Positions 1 through 12,464 of a stretch of 64,000 bases of DNA are shown here, piece by piece. The notes beneath the pieces were generated by a model. That model was not told the origin of the DNA and made no database searches. It was given only the letters and a program-made list of their open reading frames with translations. The stretch comes from Octopus vulgaris (Eukaryota), in contig OX597824.1 in assembly GCA_951406725.2 (NCBI GenBank), positions 79,484,001-79,548,000 of the forward strand, in the 5' to 3' direction. Numbering within the stretch: position 1 is the stretch's first letter; every line of letters begins with the position of its first letter. Made by a program: the position numbers and the translations under genes.

Positions 1-109
1 GAGGAAAAGAGAGTAAAAAAGGCAAAATGGTGCATACACAAATGTACTTATACCACTCACATGTGATACATGAGGTCAACTAAAAGAGCGGATCTGGCTA
101 ACTTTCTAC

Positions 110-287
110 CTGTTTGTCTATCGGTGTGTCTGCCTGTCTGTGTACCTATCAGTCTGTCTGTCTGTCTCTCTCATTGTGTGTGTGTGTGTGTATAGATAGA
201 TAGATAGATGGATAAATATAGATATACACATATATTGATATATACATATAGCAGTCTATCAGTCTATCTATCTATCTATCTATCTAC

Positions 288-344
<57 letters not shown>

Positions 345-414
345 CATCCATCCATCCATCAGTCCATCTGTCTGCCTATTTACTTATCTGTCTACATGTT
401 TGTCTGTCTATCTG

Positions 415-472
<58 letters not shown>

Positions 473-1820
473 CATCCATCCATCAGTCCATAAGTCTGTC
501 TGCCTATTTACTTATCTGTCTACATGTCCGTCTGTCTATCTATCTATTTATCTATGTCTGTCTACCTGTCTGTCTACGTACCTACTTGCCTACCTGCCTA
601 CCCACCTACCTACCTACCTACCTACCTACCTACCTACCTACCTACCTGCCTACCTGCCTGCCTGCCTGCCTGTCTGTCTATCTCTCCGTGTATTACAATC
701 TAGATTTAAAAGTTATAGTACAATATTCCATGCCTCACTTCATATGTCATGCAACAAAACATCACTCACTGCATTTAATCTCAGAAAACCACCACCACCA
801 CCACCACCACCACCACCACCACCACCACCACTACCAACAACAACAACAACAACAACATCACCAGTATCACTACTACCACCAGCACCTCCAGCATCACAAC
901 CTAACCTCTCCCACTAATCTCAGTTTCTACTACCACAGCTACCACCACCATACCACTGACATAATCATTGGCAGCAGCAACAACAACAACAACAACAATA
1001 ACAATAACAACAACAACAATGGCAACAGCACTGTCACCACCACTATCAACAACCACCTTTACCAACATCTATAGCACTGCTACCACCACCACCACCACCA
1101 CTACTAACCACCAAAACTTCCTTACCCTTCACTATCTGCCACTGCTACCATCTACTGCCACTAGCACCACCACCACCACCACCACCTATTACCTATTACC
1201 ATCCACCACCATCCACCACCACCCCCGCTGCCGTCACACCCACTGTGCCCCCCCCCTGCTTCTGCCCCCCCCCCCCACCGCTGCTGCCCCCCCCCCCCCA
1301 TCTTCCATAAGTCAACAGATCAATTTAGAATATACCTCAGTGGTTTCATTAGTTACAGTTTAGTTAAGACTCAGATAGAGATGATGATGATGATGATGTT
1401 GATGATGATGATGAGGAGGAGGAGGAGGAGGAGGAAGAGAAAGAAGGAGGGTGATGATGATAACATTGATGATGATAACAGCAATAAGAATGTTGGTGGC
1501 AGTGATGATGATGATGATGTTGATGATGATGATGATGATGATGAGGAGGAGGAGGAGGAGGAAGAGAAAGAAGGAGGGTGATGATGATAACAATGATGAT
1601 GATAACAGCAATAAGAATGTTGGTGGCAGTGATGATGATGATGATGTTGATGATGATGATGATGATGAGGAGGAGGAGGAGGAGGAGGAAGAGAAAGAAG
1701 GAGGGTGATGATGATAACATTGATGATGATAACAGCAATAAGAATGTTGGTGGCAGTGATGATGATGATGATGTTGATGATGATGATGATGAGGAGGAGG
1801 AGGAGACAGAAGAAGAGTGA
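110..1820. repeat. Microsatellite block (CTAT, CTAC, CAC, CAA, GAT/GAG) with three ~130-bp compound units at 1375-1810
   Basis: Direct inspection. Confidence 0.95.
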
Positions 1821-1907
1821 TGATGATGAAGGTTGCTGCTGCTGCTGGCACTAGCAATCCATGATAGAGAGATAATCATGATGATGATGGTGGTGATAAC
1901 GGTAGTG

Positions 1908-2103
1908 ACTGGCCCTCGTGCCGGTGGCACGCATAAGCACCCATTACACTCACGGAGTGGTTGGCATTAGGAAGGGCATCCAGCTGTAGAAACTCTGCCA
2001 GATCAGATTGGAGCCTGGTGCAGCCATCTGGTTCGCCAGTCCTCAGTCAAATCATCCAACCCATGCTAGCATGGAAAGCAGACGTTAAACAATGATGATG
2101 ATG

Positions 2104-2104
<1 letters not shown>
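1908..2104 (+). mobile_element. SINE family C, 3' part
   Basis: GTGGTTGGCATTAGGAAGGGCATCCAGCTGTAGAAA core, tail ATGGAAAGCAGACGTTAAAC(GAT)n. Confidence 0.85.
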
Positions 2105-2142
<38 letters not shown>

Positions 2143-2143
2143 T

Positions 2144-2291
2144 ATAAATGAGGGCAAAGGAAAAAATTTCTAATGTCAAATATGCCGAAAAATTGGACAT
2201 ATTGTCCATTAACCATATATGGTTAATGGACAATATGTCCAATTTTTCGGCATATTTGGCATTAGAAATTTTTTCCTTAGCCCTCATTTAT
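2144..2291. repeat. 148-bp near-perfect palindrome with no spacer
   Basis: Centre aaccata|tatggtt, two mismatched pairs. Confidence 0.95.
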
Positions 2292-2402
2292 GAATTGTTT
2301 ATAAATTTAACCGTTAAAGGTATTTTTTAATATGCTGTCCATTGATAAAATCTTTTTCGAAAAAAATTTTTTTTTTTTCGAAAAGAATTTTATCCTCACA
2401 TT

Positions 2403-2450
<48 letters not shown>

Positions 2451-2667
2451 GGGAAGCTTTATGAAAATAAACAAACACACACATCTATATATATATTACA
2501 GAAAAACCACCATGGAGCAATTCAATAATGATATACTTAAATCATACCATATAGAAAAAAATTAAAGACACAATAAAACATTTCCCTAAAACTAAATAAA
2601 GTACTAAATAATAAATAAATAGTATATGTATGTATGTATATATGTATATATATATATATATATATAT

Positions 2668-2833
2668 ACTGGCACTGATGTAGCAACATTCGGAATTTTG
2701 TCTAGATGAATCTAGCCATAATTTGGGAAGTTTGAAATCTAGGTCCTAGATTATCCACATCTGGGTTGTACATTTATTTAATGTTCTTCCTACAGGTAAG
2801 ATGAAATGTTTTATGTTCGCCATCCACATACAT

Positions 2834-2868
<35 letters not shown>

Positions 2869-3310
2869 CATATATATATATATATATATACAGTTAAGCT
2901 TTACTATAGTGTCGTATATTATCGACTGCTATTTCCAGTAGATATTGGTGCGTTGTTGTACCACTATCCTATATTTATACTTTAACTTGATGGTGGTTTG
3001 TTTTACTAGGAAGCAATAATACTGTATTGCACTATTTAATAATTTTTTCTTTGAAAACATTTTCACTGTTCTCGGTCTGTTAACGGCCAGGTGTTCAGAC
3101 GAGTATACTGGCACTGATGCAGAAACATTCAAAATTTTATCTAGGTGAATCTAGCCAAAGAGAACTAATCAAATTTACATTAACAAACGTAATTTGGAAA
3201 GTTCAAAACCTAGGTCTTAGATTATCCACATCTGTGCTGTACATTTATTCAATGTTCTTCCTACAGGTAAGATGAAATTTTTTATGCTAGCTGCCCACAA
3301 ACATCTTTGC
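2668..3310 (+). repeat. Diverged direct repeat pair (2668-2830 and 3107-3310)
   Basis: ACTGGCACTGATG...TTCTTCCTACAGGTAAGATGAAAT in both. Confidence 0.8.
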
Positions 3311-3312
3311 CA

Positions 3313-3363
<51 letters not shown>

Positions 3364-3365
3364 AT

Positions 3366-3522
3366 ATCAAAATAAGCAACAAGAATGACTCCAGTAATTT
3401 GGTACAATTGTTTTGCACTGCATCATTTTATTAAATGTTAATAAAATAAACATTTAATAAAATGATGTAGTGCGAAACAATTGTACCAAATTACTGGAGT
3501 CATTCTTGTTGCTTATTTTGAT
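3366..3522. repeat. ~157-bp inverted repeat
   Basis: ATCAAAATAAGCAACAAGAATGACTCCAG.. / ..CTGGAGTCATTCTTGTTGCTTATTTTGAT. Confidence 0.92.
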
Positions 3523-3713
3523 TATAATCACGCCACAAATTTTTATGGATAACACCATACAAAATTCTGGTGCATCTAAATTAAGTACCATATTCATTCG
3601 AATCTAAATTTTTGCTGAACTATATATATATATACAGTGAAGCTTTATTTTAGCATCGTATATCATCAACTGCTCTTTCCAGTAAATATATATATGTGTA
3701 TAAATCTATTTGT

Positions 3714-4095
3714 GGAGGCGCAATGGCCCAGTGGTTAGGGCAGCGGACTCATGGTTGTAGGATCGCGGTTTCGATTCCCAGACCGGGCGTTGTGAGTGTT
3801 TATTGAGCGAAAACACCTAAAGCTCCACGAGGCTCCGGCAGGGGATGGTGGTGATCCCTGCTGTACTCTTTCACCACAACTTTCTCTCACTCTTACTTCC
3901 TGTTTCTGTTGTACCTGTATTTCAAAGGGCCGGCCTTGTCACTCTCTGTGTCACGCTGAATATCCCCGAGAACTACGTTAAGGGTACACGTGTCTGTGGA
4001 GTGCTCAGCCACTTACACATTAATTTCACGAGCAGGCTGTTCAGTTGATCGGATCAACAGGAACCCTCGTCGTCGGAACCGACGGAGTGCTTCCA
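3714..4095 (+). mobile_element. tRNA-derived SINE, family B
   Basis: A box TGGCCCAGTGG, B-box-like GTTTCGATTCC, TSD ataaatctattt, multiple near-identical copies. Confidence 0.92.
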
Positions 4096-4429
4096 TCCAT
4101 AAATCTATTTATTTATCTCATTTTATTATTTCTGGCGAAGGGCTGCATCTGCACAGTAGATTTTGAAAAACTTAGAATGTATAAACAAGAGGTACACAGT
4201 TGATTGCCTCATGTTTATATATTTAATCTAAGGTGTACCTGTTGAGAATGATTTCACCTAGCGGGGTAAATGTTATCTGCTTGCTAAACTAAAATCAGAA
4301 ACCAATTGGTCCAGGAAACTAGATAGTAAAATGTTCTTATTTTTTTCATTTCGTTCCTGTCGAATTTAGTCAGAAAGAAGATGCTGTGTTTATGATCTTT
4401 CACAGGCCCTTCAGTATTAGAGGGAACAA

Positions 4430-4690
4430 TAAGATTCATGTCTATCTTGAAAGCCCGGTACATGACAAGTGCAGGAAGGAGGGAAATCCAAAGAGCTGAT
4501 GTTCTAGAGAGGAAGAACTGGGCATAAAGGAGAACAGGAGTGAAGAACACAATGTAGGACACAAGACGAGGAGAAATGTGTGTGTCAGAAATGCCAGAGT
4601 GTAGATGGCATGAGGTCAGGTGGATGTGAAGAGCTGAGATTATTGTAGTAATAACAAAAAGAATAGAGAGAGGAGATAATTGATACATAT
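4430..4690 (-). mobile_element. Old degenerate LINE ORF2 C-terminus (CR1/Jockey-like)
   Basis: QFFLSRTSALWISL resembles the SFFPRTxxLWNSLP motif. Confidence 0.5.
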
Positions 4691-4946
4691 GTAGGTCAAA
4701 GGTTAGAGTGTGTTGATGACAAATTTCCTGTCAGCTAATCAGAATGCCTTTTGTAATGTAGTCTATGATGCTTGTATATGTAGCTACAGGATATGAGACA
4801 TTTTGGCACAGCTGTTTTTGGTGTCACTTATTTGGCATTAATGATTTGATGCTGACTTATTTGACGAGATGTTTTAAACCTACTGTCATCATATTTCTGT
4901 TGAAAAACATTGCTTTAGTTTCAGTCAGTTTTGAAAATGTGAAGAA

Positions 4947-4970
4947 TCTTTATATATATAAATGGCAAAA

Positions 4971-5002
<32 letters not shown>

Positions 5003-5333
5003 CATGTCCTTTATGCAAATCCACAATTTTTCAGTTAGAGGGCTCGCACTTTCTATGGTCATTCAAAACTGTCCAAGGGTGGTCATGCACATCTTTACGT
5101 TTCCCCAGTCACCCCGCAAAGCCATTAAAAAAAATCAATAGAAGTGACTTTTTTGTGAATTTTCTATCCAAAACCCAATCAAAATGCCCGAAACTTGATA
5201 CACCAATTGAATGCCAGCTAGCTGTATGTGATTGGTCGGAGATTTGGACAGTACTCGTGTGTATGTGTGCACACACGCAGCTGTATATGCATGCACTAGC
5301 ACTATGACCCGGCGTTGCCGGGTCATAGTGCTA
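4947..5333 (+). mobile_element. Non-autonomous Helitron inserted into a piggyBac MITE (4873-5480)
   Basis: 5' TCT, 3' hairpin TAGCACTATGACCCGGC..GCCGGGTCATAGTGCTA, inserted between A and T of gaaga|tttagt with no TSD. Confidence 0.75.
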
Positions 5334-5682
5334 CTTTAGTAAAATAACATTGCCATTATTAAGCTGTTGTTTGAAACCTAAAGCTTTGACAGAAGATTTT
5401 GACTGAGATCATTTTAAGACAAAAGGTTTATATCATAGAATTTGATTCCATTTCAGGTGGGTTAGTACCAAAAGGCTTAATGTTTTGTTTTAATGTTTCT
5501 CTCATTCTGTCCCCTTCTCCCTCTCTTTGTATGAGGAGGGGGAAAGTGTCTATGTCAATCGTGTTCAATTAATGAATTGTTATGTCACTCTTTCTCCCTA
5601 CCCCCACTCTCCTCTCTCTCACCTTCTCTTTCCCCTCTCTCTCTCTCTCTCTATCCCACTCCCACTCTCTCTGTATGTGTAT

Positions 5683-5919
5683 ATTTCTTATTTCTTTACT
5701 GCCCACAAGGGGCTACACACAGAGGGGACAAACAAGGACAGACAAACGGATTAAGTCGATTATATCGACCCCAGTGTGTAACTGGTACTTAATTTATCGA
5801 CCCCGAAAGGAAGAAAGGCAAAGTCGACCTCGGCGGAATTTGAACTCGGAACATAACGTCTGACGAAAAACGGCTACACATTTCGCCCGGCTTGCTAACG
5901 TTTCTGCCAGTTCGCCGCC
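5683..5919 (-). mobile_element. tRNA-derived SINE, family D
   Basis: Head GGCGGCGAACTGGCAGAAACGTTAGC, B box GAGTTCAAATTCC, central GACTTTGCCTT..CCTTTCGGGGTCGATAAATTAAGTACCAG. Confidence 0.88.
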
Positions 5920-6007
5920 TGTATGTGTATATTTCTGTACGTGCATACACGTATGTGTGTGTATGTGTGTTTACTTCCTATACCAAAAAAAAAAAAAAAA
6001 AACATAC

Positions 6008-6093
6008 AGTTGCCAAAACAGGTTGAATGTCCAGTAAGTAAAGCCAAATCTTCAGCATCCAGATGACCACACCCAATCGTCTCATTCCAGTGG
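6008..6093 (-). CDS. Candidate coding exon (86 nt), either HWNETIGCGHLDAEDLALLTGHSTCFGN (phase 2/1) or ATGMRRLGVVIWMLKIWLYLLDIQPVLAT (phase 1/0)
   Basis: Acceptor gcttgcaatgttgcag|CC, donor ACT|gtatgt. Two frames are open, so the reading frame is unresolved. Confidence 0.55.
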
Positions 6094-6193
6094 CTGCAAC
6101 ATTGCAAGCAAGCAAGCAAGATTCAAACTGACTTTTAATGTATTACAGATATAAATATATATATATATATATATTTATAATAACAAAATAAGA

Positions 6194-6557
6194 GAACCAT
6201 CCGAACGTGGCCGTTTCCAGTGCTGCCCTGACTGGCTTCCGTGCCGGTGGCACGTAAAAAGCACCATCCGATTGTGGCCGTTGCCAGCCTCGCCTGGCCT
6301 CCGTGCCGGTGGCACGTAAAAAGCACCATCCGACCGTGGCCATTTGCCAGACTTGCCTGGCACCTGTGCAGGTGGCACGTAAAAAGCAGCCACTACACTC
6401 ATGGAGTGGTTGGCGTTAGGAAGGGCATCCAGCCGTAGAAACATTGCCAGATCAGACTGGGCCTGGTGCAGCCTTCTGGCTTCCCAGAACCCAGTTGCAC
6501 CGTCCAACCCATGCCAGCATGGAAAGCGGACGCTAAACGATGATGATGATGATGATG
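6194..6557 (+). mobile_element. SINE family C with internal ~60-bp tandem units
   Basis: Repeated GTGGCACGTAAAAAGCACCATCCG units, then core and (GAT)n tail. Confidence 0.88.
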
Positions 6558-6975
6558 AAAATAATATATAAACATATGCATATATACATACATATATGTA
6601 CATACCTACATCTATATGTATATATGCATGCATATATGGGTACAGGACACCAAAAAACGTTGAACACAATGAGAAATGAAAACATAAAAACAAAAACATG
6701 GAAACGGACTTTTTTTCAAACAATGAAAAACAGAGTACAAGACATACAACACAAGGAATACTCCCCTTCTTCAGTTGTCCCTGTTTCGGCTACTCCGTGT
6801 TTCGAATACATACATATATATATATACATACATACATACATATACACACACACACATATTATCTAAAACTGTTTGGTTCAGTTGCGTGCAGGCCCCTGAC
6901 AGAGGACTGTCTTTTTCAGGCTTTGGCTTGCCAAATACAGAGATACAAGAAGTTCAGGATGGCTATCAGAAGATA

Positions 6976-7196
6976 GGCGGCAAGTTGGCAGAACCGTTAG
7001 CACGCCGGGCGGAATGCGTAGCCGTATTTCGTCTGCCGTTATGTTGTGAGTTCAAATTCCGCCGAGGTCGACTTTACCTTTCATCCTTTCGGGGTCGATA
7101 AATTAAGAACCAGTTATGCACTGGAGTCTATGTAATTGACTTAATCTGTTTGTCTGTCCCCTCTATGTTTAGCCCCTTGTGGGCAATAAAGAAATA
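6976..7196 (+). mobile_element. SINE family D
   Basis: Full-length. TSD tatcagaagata(gg). Confidence 0.9.
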
Positions 7197-7979
7197 TATC
7201 AGAAGATAGGCTGCTATTGAACAATGTGGGTCACATAATGTGTTATCAAAGATTATTATCAAAGAATATCAGTTGCTCAGAGACACCAGTTCCATCAGAA
7301 AGAGGAATTTCTTTGACCACATGGACAGGAAGCTGGCAGTGCCTAAGCATCTGGAGATGGGGACAACACCATGTGACCTGCCTAGACCAGTTGCATCCTC
7401 TCAAATGAATTTTGTAAAGCACAGGTACTTTCTAGGGGCTGAAGTGCTTTCTGGTTCTGAATAGAAACGCTAGTCTTTGAGATGTACTCTTAGTTATGTT
7501 AAAGAATGTTTCTCTTTTTACCACTTAATGAAGGAGGTAAACTTCATTGCACAGATGATATGATCAAAGATATTCAAGCTGTGACAAGCCTGTGCTTTTT
7601 TCAGAGTATCTCTGACAACATAATCTAATAATGTTCTATTCTTATAGGGTGTGGTTTCAAGGTAGATTAGGCTGCTATTTCTAGCAGGTTGAGCAACAAG
7701 TGTTGTTGTTGTTGGTGGGAGTGGTGGCAGTGTAGCCTTGTTGCTGTTGTTGTTGTTGGTGATGTTATTGTGGATGCTCTTGGTGCTATTGGCTAGGTCT
7801 AGGAGAATCAGTCAATGAAACTGATGTCTCTTACATCACTGGTGGTGGTGGTATTTGTGATGATGATGATGATGATGGTAGTGATCATAAAGGTAGTATT
7901 TGAATTCATATTGATTGTGGTGTTGGTGATGGTGGTGGCTCTCATATGGTACCATTAGGGTTGGCATTGGTGATGATGA

Positions 7980-8427
7980 GTGTGTGTATGCGTGTGAATA
8001 TATATATATATATATAGTAGAGTTGGTGATAGCAGAGGTGGTAGAAGTATTAGGGGTGTTGAAGGTGATATTGGTGATGGCACGAATGATGATGGTAGTA
8101 GTGGTGGTGGTGGCAGTAGTAGCAGTGGTAGACTTAGTGGTGGTGAGGGTAGAAGTGGTGGTGGTGATGATTGCACATATATATATATATATATATATAT
8201 AGTGTGTGTGTGTATGTATATGGATATATATATGTATATATATATATGTGTGTATATACATATATATGTGTGTGTGAGTAAATATATATATATATGTATG
8301 TATATATATCTGTGTGTGTGTGTGTATATATATATGCAGGTATATACAGATATACCAACCAACCAACCAACCATATATATATATATATATATACACACAC
8401 ACTCACATATATGTATTTGTATACATG

Positions 8428-8458
<31 letters not shown>

Positions 8459-8503
8459 GTATATGTGTGTGTGTGTGTGTATATATATATGTATATATGT
8501 ATA

Positions 8504-8562
<59 letters not shown>

Positions 8563-9177
8563 ATACATAGTGCTCACCAGATATATGTCTGTGTATGATG
8601 GCTGATGTTTGAGTTGTGGTACGCCACTTCTGTTTGGATTTCGTCCAGCTCATGTTACAGTTACCGTTATATGTTCTCTTGTAACTAAGCCAGCCATAAT
8701 CATGTTCAATGAACTGGAAGCAGAAAAATGGTTTCTGTGGCATCGAACATGGCAAAGTATTTATACAATGTTTCAAAGGGTGACTTTTTACTGCTATTCT
8801 TGTCACACACAGACACACATAACCACATACACACACATATATATATATACATATTATATACATACGCACACATGCAAACAACCACATACAGACATACATA
8901 TGTATCATACACACACAAAGGTTCCATCATTAAGGTAATGTGTCCTGTGTTTGTTTCATATATTCAAACACCTAAGAGACTTTTATTGACACACTGTGTT
9001 TGTATGTATGTGTGTGCTTGTGTGTATGTGTATGTACATATAAATAAATATGTTTGTATGTATGATGATGATGATGATGATGATGTATGTGTTATGCAAA
9101 CATATATATGTGCGTGTGTGTGTATATGCCTATATATAAACATAGATTTATATACATAAACATACACACACATATTT

Positions 9178-9232
<55 letters not shown>

Positions 9233-9848
9233 TACATATATATATATTCATATATATATACACACACAGACACACAGATATACAAATATGTGTACATGTG
9301 TGTGAGGGTGTGTATGTGTATATATATGTATATATATATATATATGTATGTTTGCATATATACATATATATATGCGTGTATGCATATATGCATATGAATA
9401 TATATATATACTTATATATATGTGTGTATGTATGTAGGTGTATGCATGTATGTATATGTATGTATATGTATGTATGTATATGCATGTACATGGCCTGTCA
9501 GGTTCTTATGTTTATATTCTGATCCACCGACCCAATAATATAGGCAGCAACAATAAACAAAACAGTAGTTTAGTTTTTGTAGCTATGCTAGAGGTTGTTT
9601 TTGTTGTTGTTAGTGATGGTGTTGATGGTGGTGGCGATAGTGGCTATGTCGATGGCTGTAGTGTTGTTGTTGTTGTTGGTAGATATGATACTGATGATGG
9701 TGGTGTTGGTGGTGACATAGCAGTCACTATTATATTTTCAATAGAATAATTGATTGCTTAATGTCAATAACTGGTGGTAATTCAAACTGTAAATACAGAA
9801 CATATGTGTCTATATGTACATATATGAGTGTATGTGTGTATGTGTACA

Positions 9849-9896
<48 letters not shown>

Positions 9897-9900
9897 TGTG
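7980..9900. repeat. TA/TG/CA and GGT microsatellite block surrounding the 8578-8713 exon
   Basis: Direct inspection. Confidence 0.9.
8578..8713 (-). CDS. Internal coding exon (136 nt, phase 0/1): [45 protein letters not shown]
   Basis: Acceptor catttttctgcttccag|TTC, donor CTG|gtgagc. Only one of three frames is open. Unique island between TA/TG microsatellites. Confidence 0.72.
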
Positions 9901-10071
9901 CATTTGTGCAGTGGAATTGCTACAAGGTGTGATGCCTGAGGCACTTCTGGATTTTGCTGCACCCACTCACTTTGCTCCCTATACAGGCTTATCAGGCAGA
10001 CCTAAAAGAGCCTCTCCCATGAAAGGGCCATCCCTCATCATCCCCATTGCCAGCTACACTACTATATCAAC

Positions 10072-10106
<35 letters not shown>

Positions 10107-10194
10107 GAGAGTTTACGAAAAAAACAAAGGACGAAGACAGGTGGTGTACAAAACTAACAGATGTATTAGTATAACGCTCAGGAATAGAAAAAGT

Positions 10195-10230
10195 CTTTTA
10201 CGTTTCGAGCCTACGCTCTTCTTCAGAAAG
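10195..10230 (-). ncRNA. Minimal Penelope-type hammerhead motif
   Basis: CTTT-CTGAAGA-a-GAGC gtag GCTC-GAAACGTA-AAAG, with palindromic ACGT in place of helix III. Confidence 0.55.
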
Positions 10231-10287
10231 GGATACAGAAAAAAACAAGGAGAGAAAAAAATGGGAGTAGTGGCTAATGATCTATAT

Positions 10288-10506
10288 CAGTGCTTTTCAA
10301 ACTTTTTGCTGGAGCGGAACCCCAAGGAAACATTCCACTGGCTCGAGGAACCCCTGTGCAATAATTTAATAGTCTTATGCACACATATCTGCTCAGGAGA
10401 CTTAAAAATTACTGCCGATTTTAGCAGTTTTGTAACTTCTTGCGGAACCCCTGGACTGTACTGGCGGAACCCTAAGGTTCCGCGGAACCCTGGTTGAAAA
10501 CCACTG
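10288..10506. mobile_element. hAT MITE
   Basis: TIR CAGTGCTTTTCAA / TTGAAAACCACTG, perfect 8-bp TSD atctatat. Confidence 0.9.
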
Positions 10507-10521
10507 ATCTATATATATATA

Positions 10522-10934
10522 CTCTTTACTCTTTTACTCTTTTATTTGTTTCAGTCATTTGACTGTGGCCATGCTGGAGCACTACCTTTAGTCGAACAAA
10601 TCGACCCCAGGACTTATTCTTTGTAAGCCTAGTACTTATTCTATCGGTCTCTTTTGCCGAACCGCCAAGTGACGGGGGACATAAACACACCAGCATCGGT
10701 TGTCAAGCAATGCTAGGGGTACAAACACATACACACAAACACATACATACATATACATATATATACATATATCCGACAGGCTTCTTTCAGTTTCCGTCTA
10801 CCAAATCCACTCACAAGGCATTGGTCGGCCCGGGGCTATAGCAGAAGACACTTACCCAAGATGCCACGCAGAAGGACTGAACCCGGAACCATGTGGCTGG
10901 TTAGCAAGCTACTTACCACACAGCCACTCCTGCG

Positions 10935-10936
<2 letters not shown>
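10522..10936 (-). mobile_element. tRNA-derived CORE-like SINE, family A
   Basis: Head GGCGCAGGAGTGGCTGTGTGGTAAG, CORE-like CTTGGG(C/T)AAGT, internal (TA/TG)n, tail GGTGCTCCAGCATGGCC..CAGTCAAATGACTGAAAC and (GTAAAAGA)n. Confidence 0.9.
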
Positions 10937-10980
<44 letters not shown>

Positions 10981-11306
10981 TCATCATCATTATCATCAAC
11001 ATCATCATCATCCTCGATTAACATCTGCCTTTTATGCTGGCATGAGTTGGACGGTTCACCAGGAGCCGGCCAGAGTACTGTGTCTGTTTTGACATGGTTT
11101 TTATGGCTGGATGCCATTCCTAGCACCAACCACCACCACACAGAGAAGAGCAGTTTATTTCAAATTGATGTAACGTTTGCATTGATCGATTAAATGGAGC
11201 TGCTTGAAACAGCCGTAATGCACTGATACCTGGACATCCTTGTTACTTATTTGTTCTGTGTGTGTATGTGTGTGTGTATGTGTGTGTGTGTGTAGTTGTC
11301 TTCTTT

Positions 11307-11689
11307 GGAGGCGCAATGGCCCAGTGGTTAGGGCAGCGGACTCGCGGTCATAGGATCGCAGTTTCGATTCCCAGACTGGGCGTTGTGAGTGTTTATTGAG
11401 CGAAAACACCTAAAGCTCCACGAGGCTCCGGCAGGGGATGGTGGTGATCCCTGCTGTACTCTTTCACCACAGCTTTCTCTCACTCTTACTTCCTGTTTCT
11501 GTTGTACCTGTATTTCAAAGGGCCGGCCTTTTCACTCTCTGTGTCACGCTGAATATCCCTGAGAACTACGTTAAGGGTACACGTGTCTGTGGAGTGCTCA
11601 GCCACTTACACGTTAATTTCACGAGCAGGCTGTTCCGTTGATTCGGATCAACCGGAACCCTCGTCGTCGTAACCGACAGAGTGCTTCCA
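11307..11689 (+). mobile_element. SINE family B
   Basis: Near-identical to 3714-4095. TSD agttgtcttctt. Confidence 0.92.
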
Positions 11690-12246
11690 GCAGTTGTCTT
11701 CTTCATAATTGTTCTAATGCCTAATTTTCCATGCTTGCATCGCTCAGATGATATTCGTGGCAGCAGATTTTCAATGACTAGATGCTCATCCTGTCACTAA
11801 CACTCACCTGTTTTCAAGCAAAGTAACATTTTTCTGTTGTCCTTCGAACATAAAGAGCACAAAAGTCACCAAGCAAGTTTACTCAGGAAGCTGCAAAGGT
11901 AGAATACCTCTTCTATAACAGTTATGTTCTTTTCACAGTGAGTGAGTGAAATCAATACAAGGAAACACACACACACACACACACACACAAGCACCCAGTC
12001 CATGCTGTAAGGTGATTGGCATTTGGAAGGGCATGCAGTTGTAAAAAACCATACCAAAACTGACTTCACCTGAGCTTGCACCACATAAAAAGCACCCACT
12101 CCACTCTGCTGGGTGGGTGGGTGGTTGGTGTTCAGAAGGGCATCCAGCTGTAAAAATCATGCTAAAACAGACACAGAAGTCTGGTGCAGTCCTCTGCCTG
12201 GCCAGCTCCTGTGAAATAGTCTGACCCATGCCAGCATGGAAGGTAG

Positions 12247-12464
12247 CCGTTCAAGAATTTGGACCTGGAGATCTCCATTTCCAGCGACTTCGAGGGCCAC
12301 CTCCCAGTGGTGTCGGGTGTCAACGAAGAGCCCTCGACTACAACAAGACAACCAAAGTTTTTATTTTTTCCAAGTCTGGGGTCTCCCGCTCCTAAGCCCT
12401 AGACCATCACCTAATCACCCTTACCCGTCTTGTTGCTTAACAACAACAACAACAACAACAACAA
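12247..12464 (+). mobile_element. ~195-bp headless retroposon with (CAA)n tail, inserted in a family C tail
   Basis: 15-bp TSD cagcatggaaggtag at 12232-12246 and 12465-12479. Confidence 0.85.

Noticed and set aside
208-1930. Long ORFs with poly-H/Q/N/D/E tracts
   Set aside because: Translations of microsatellites open in several frames and on both strands. The same applies to 16088-19674, 28500-33470 and 60079-60635.
3796-4048. Recurrent ORFs (MVVIPAVLFH.., MFIERKHLK.., ..IAEDTCPRCHAVGLNPEPCG..)
   Set aside because: Chance frames in SINE families A and B, not a gene family.
9971-10001. Minus-strand mini-exon with tttag / gtgagt signals
   Set aside because: The frame needed to join exon 8713 contains TGA, and the segment looks like a decayed MITE.
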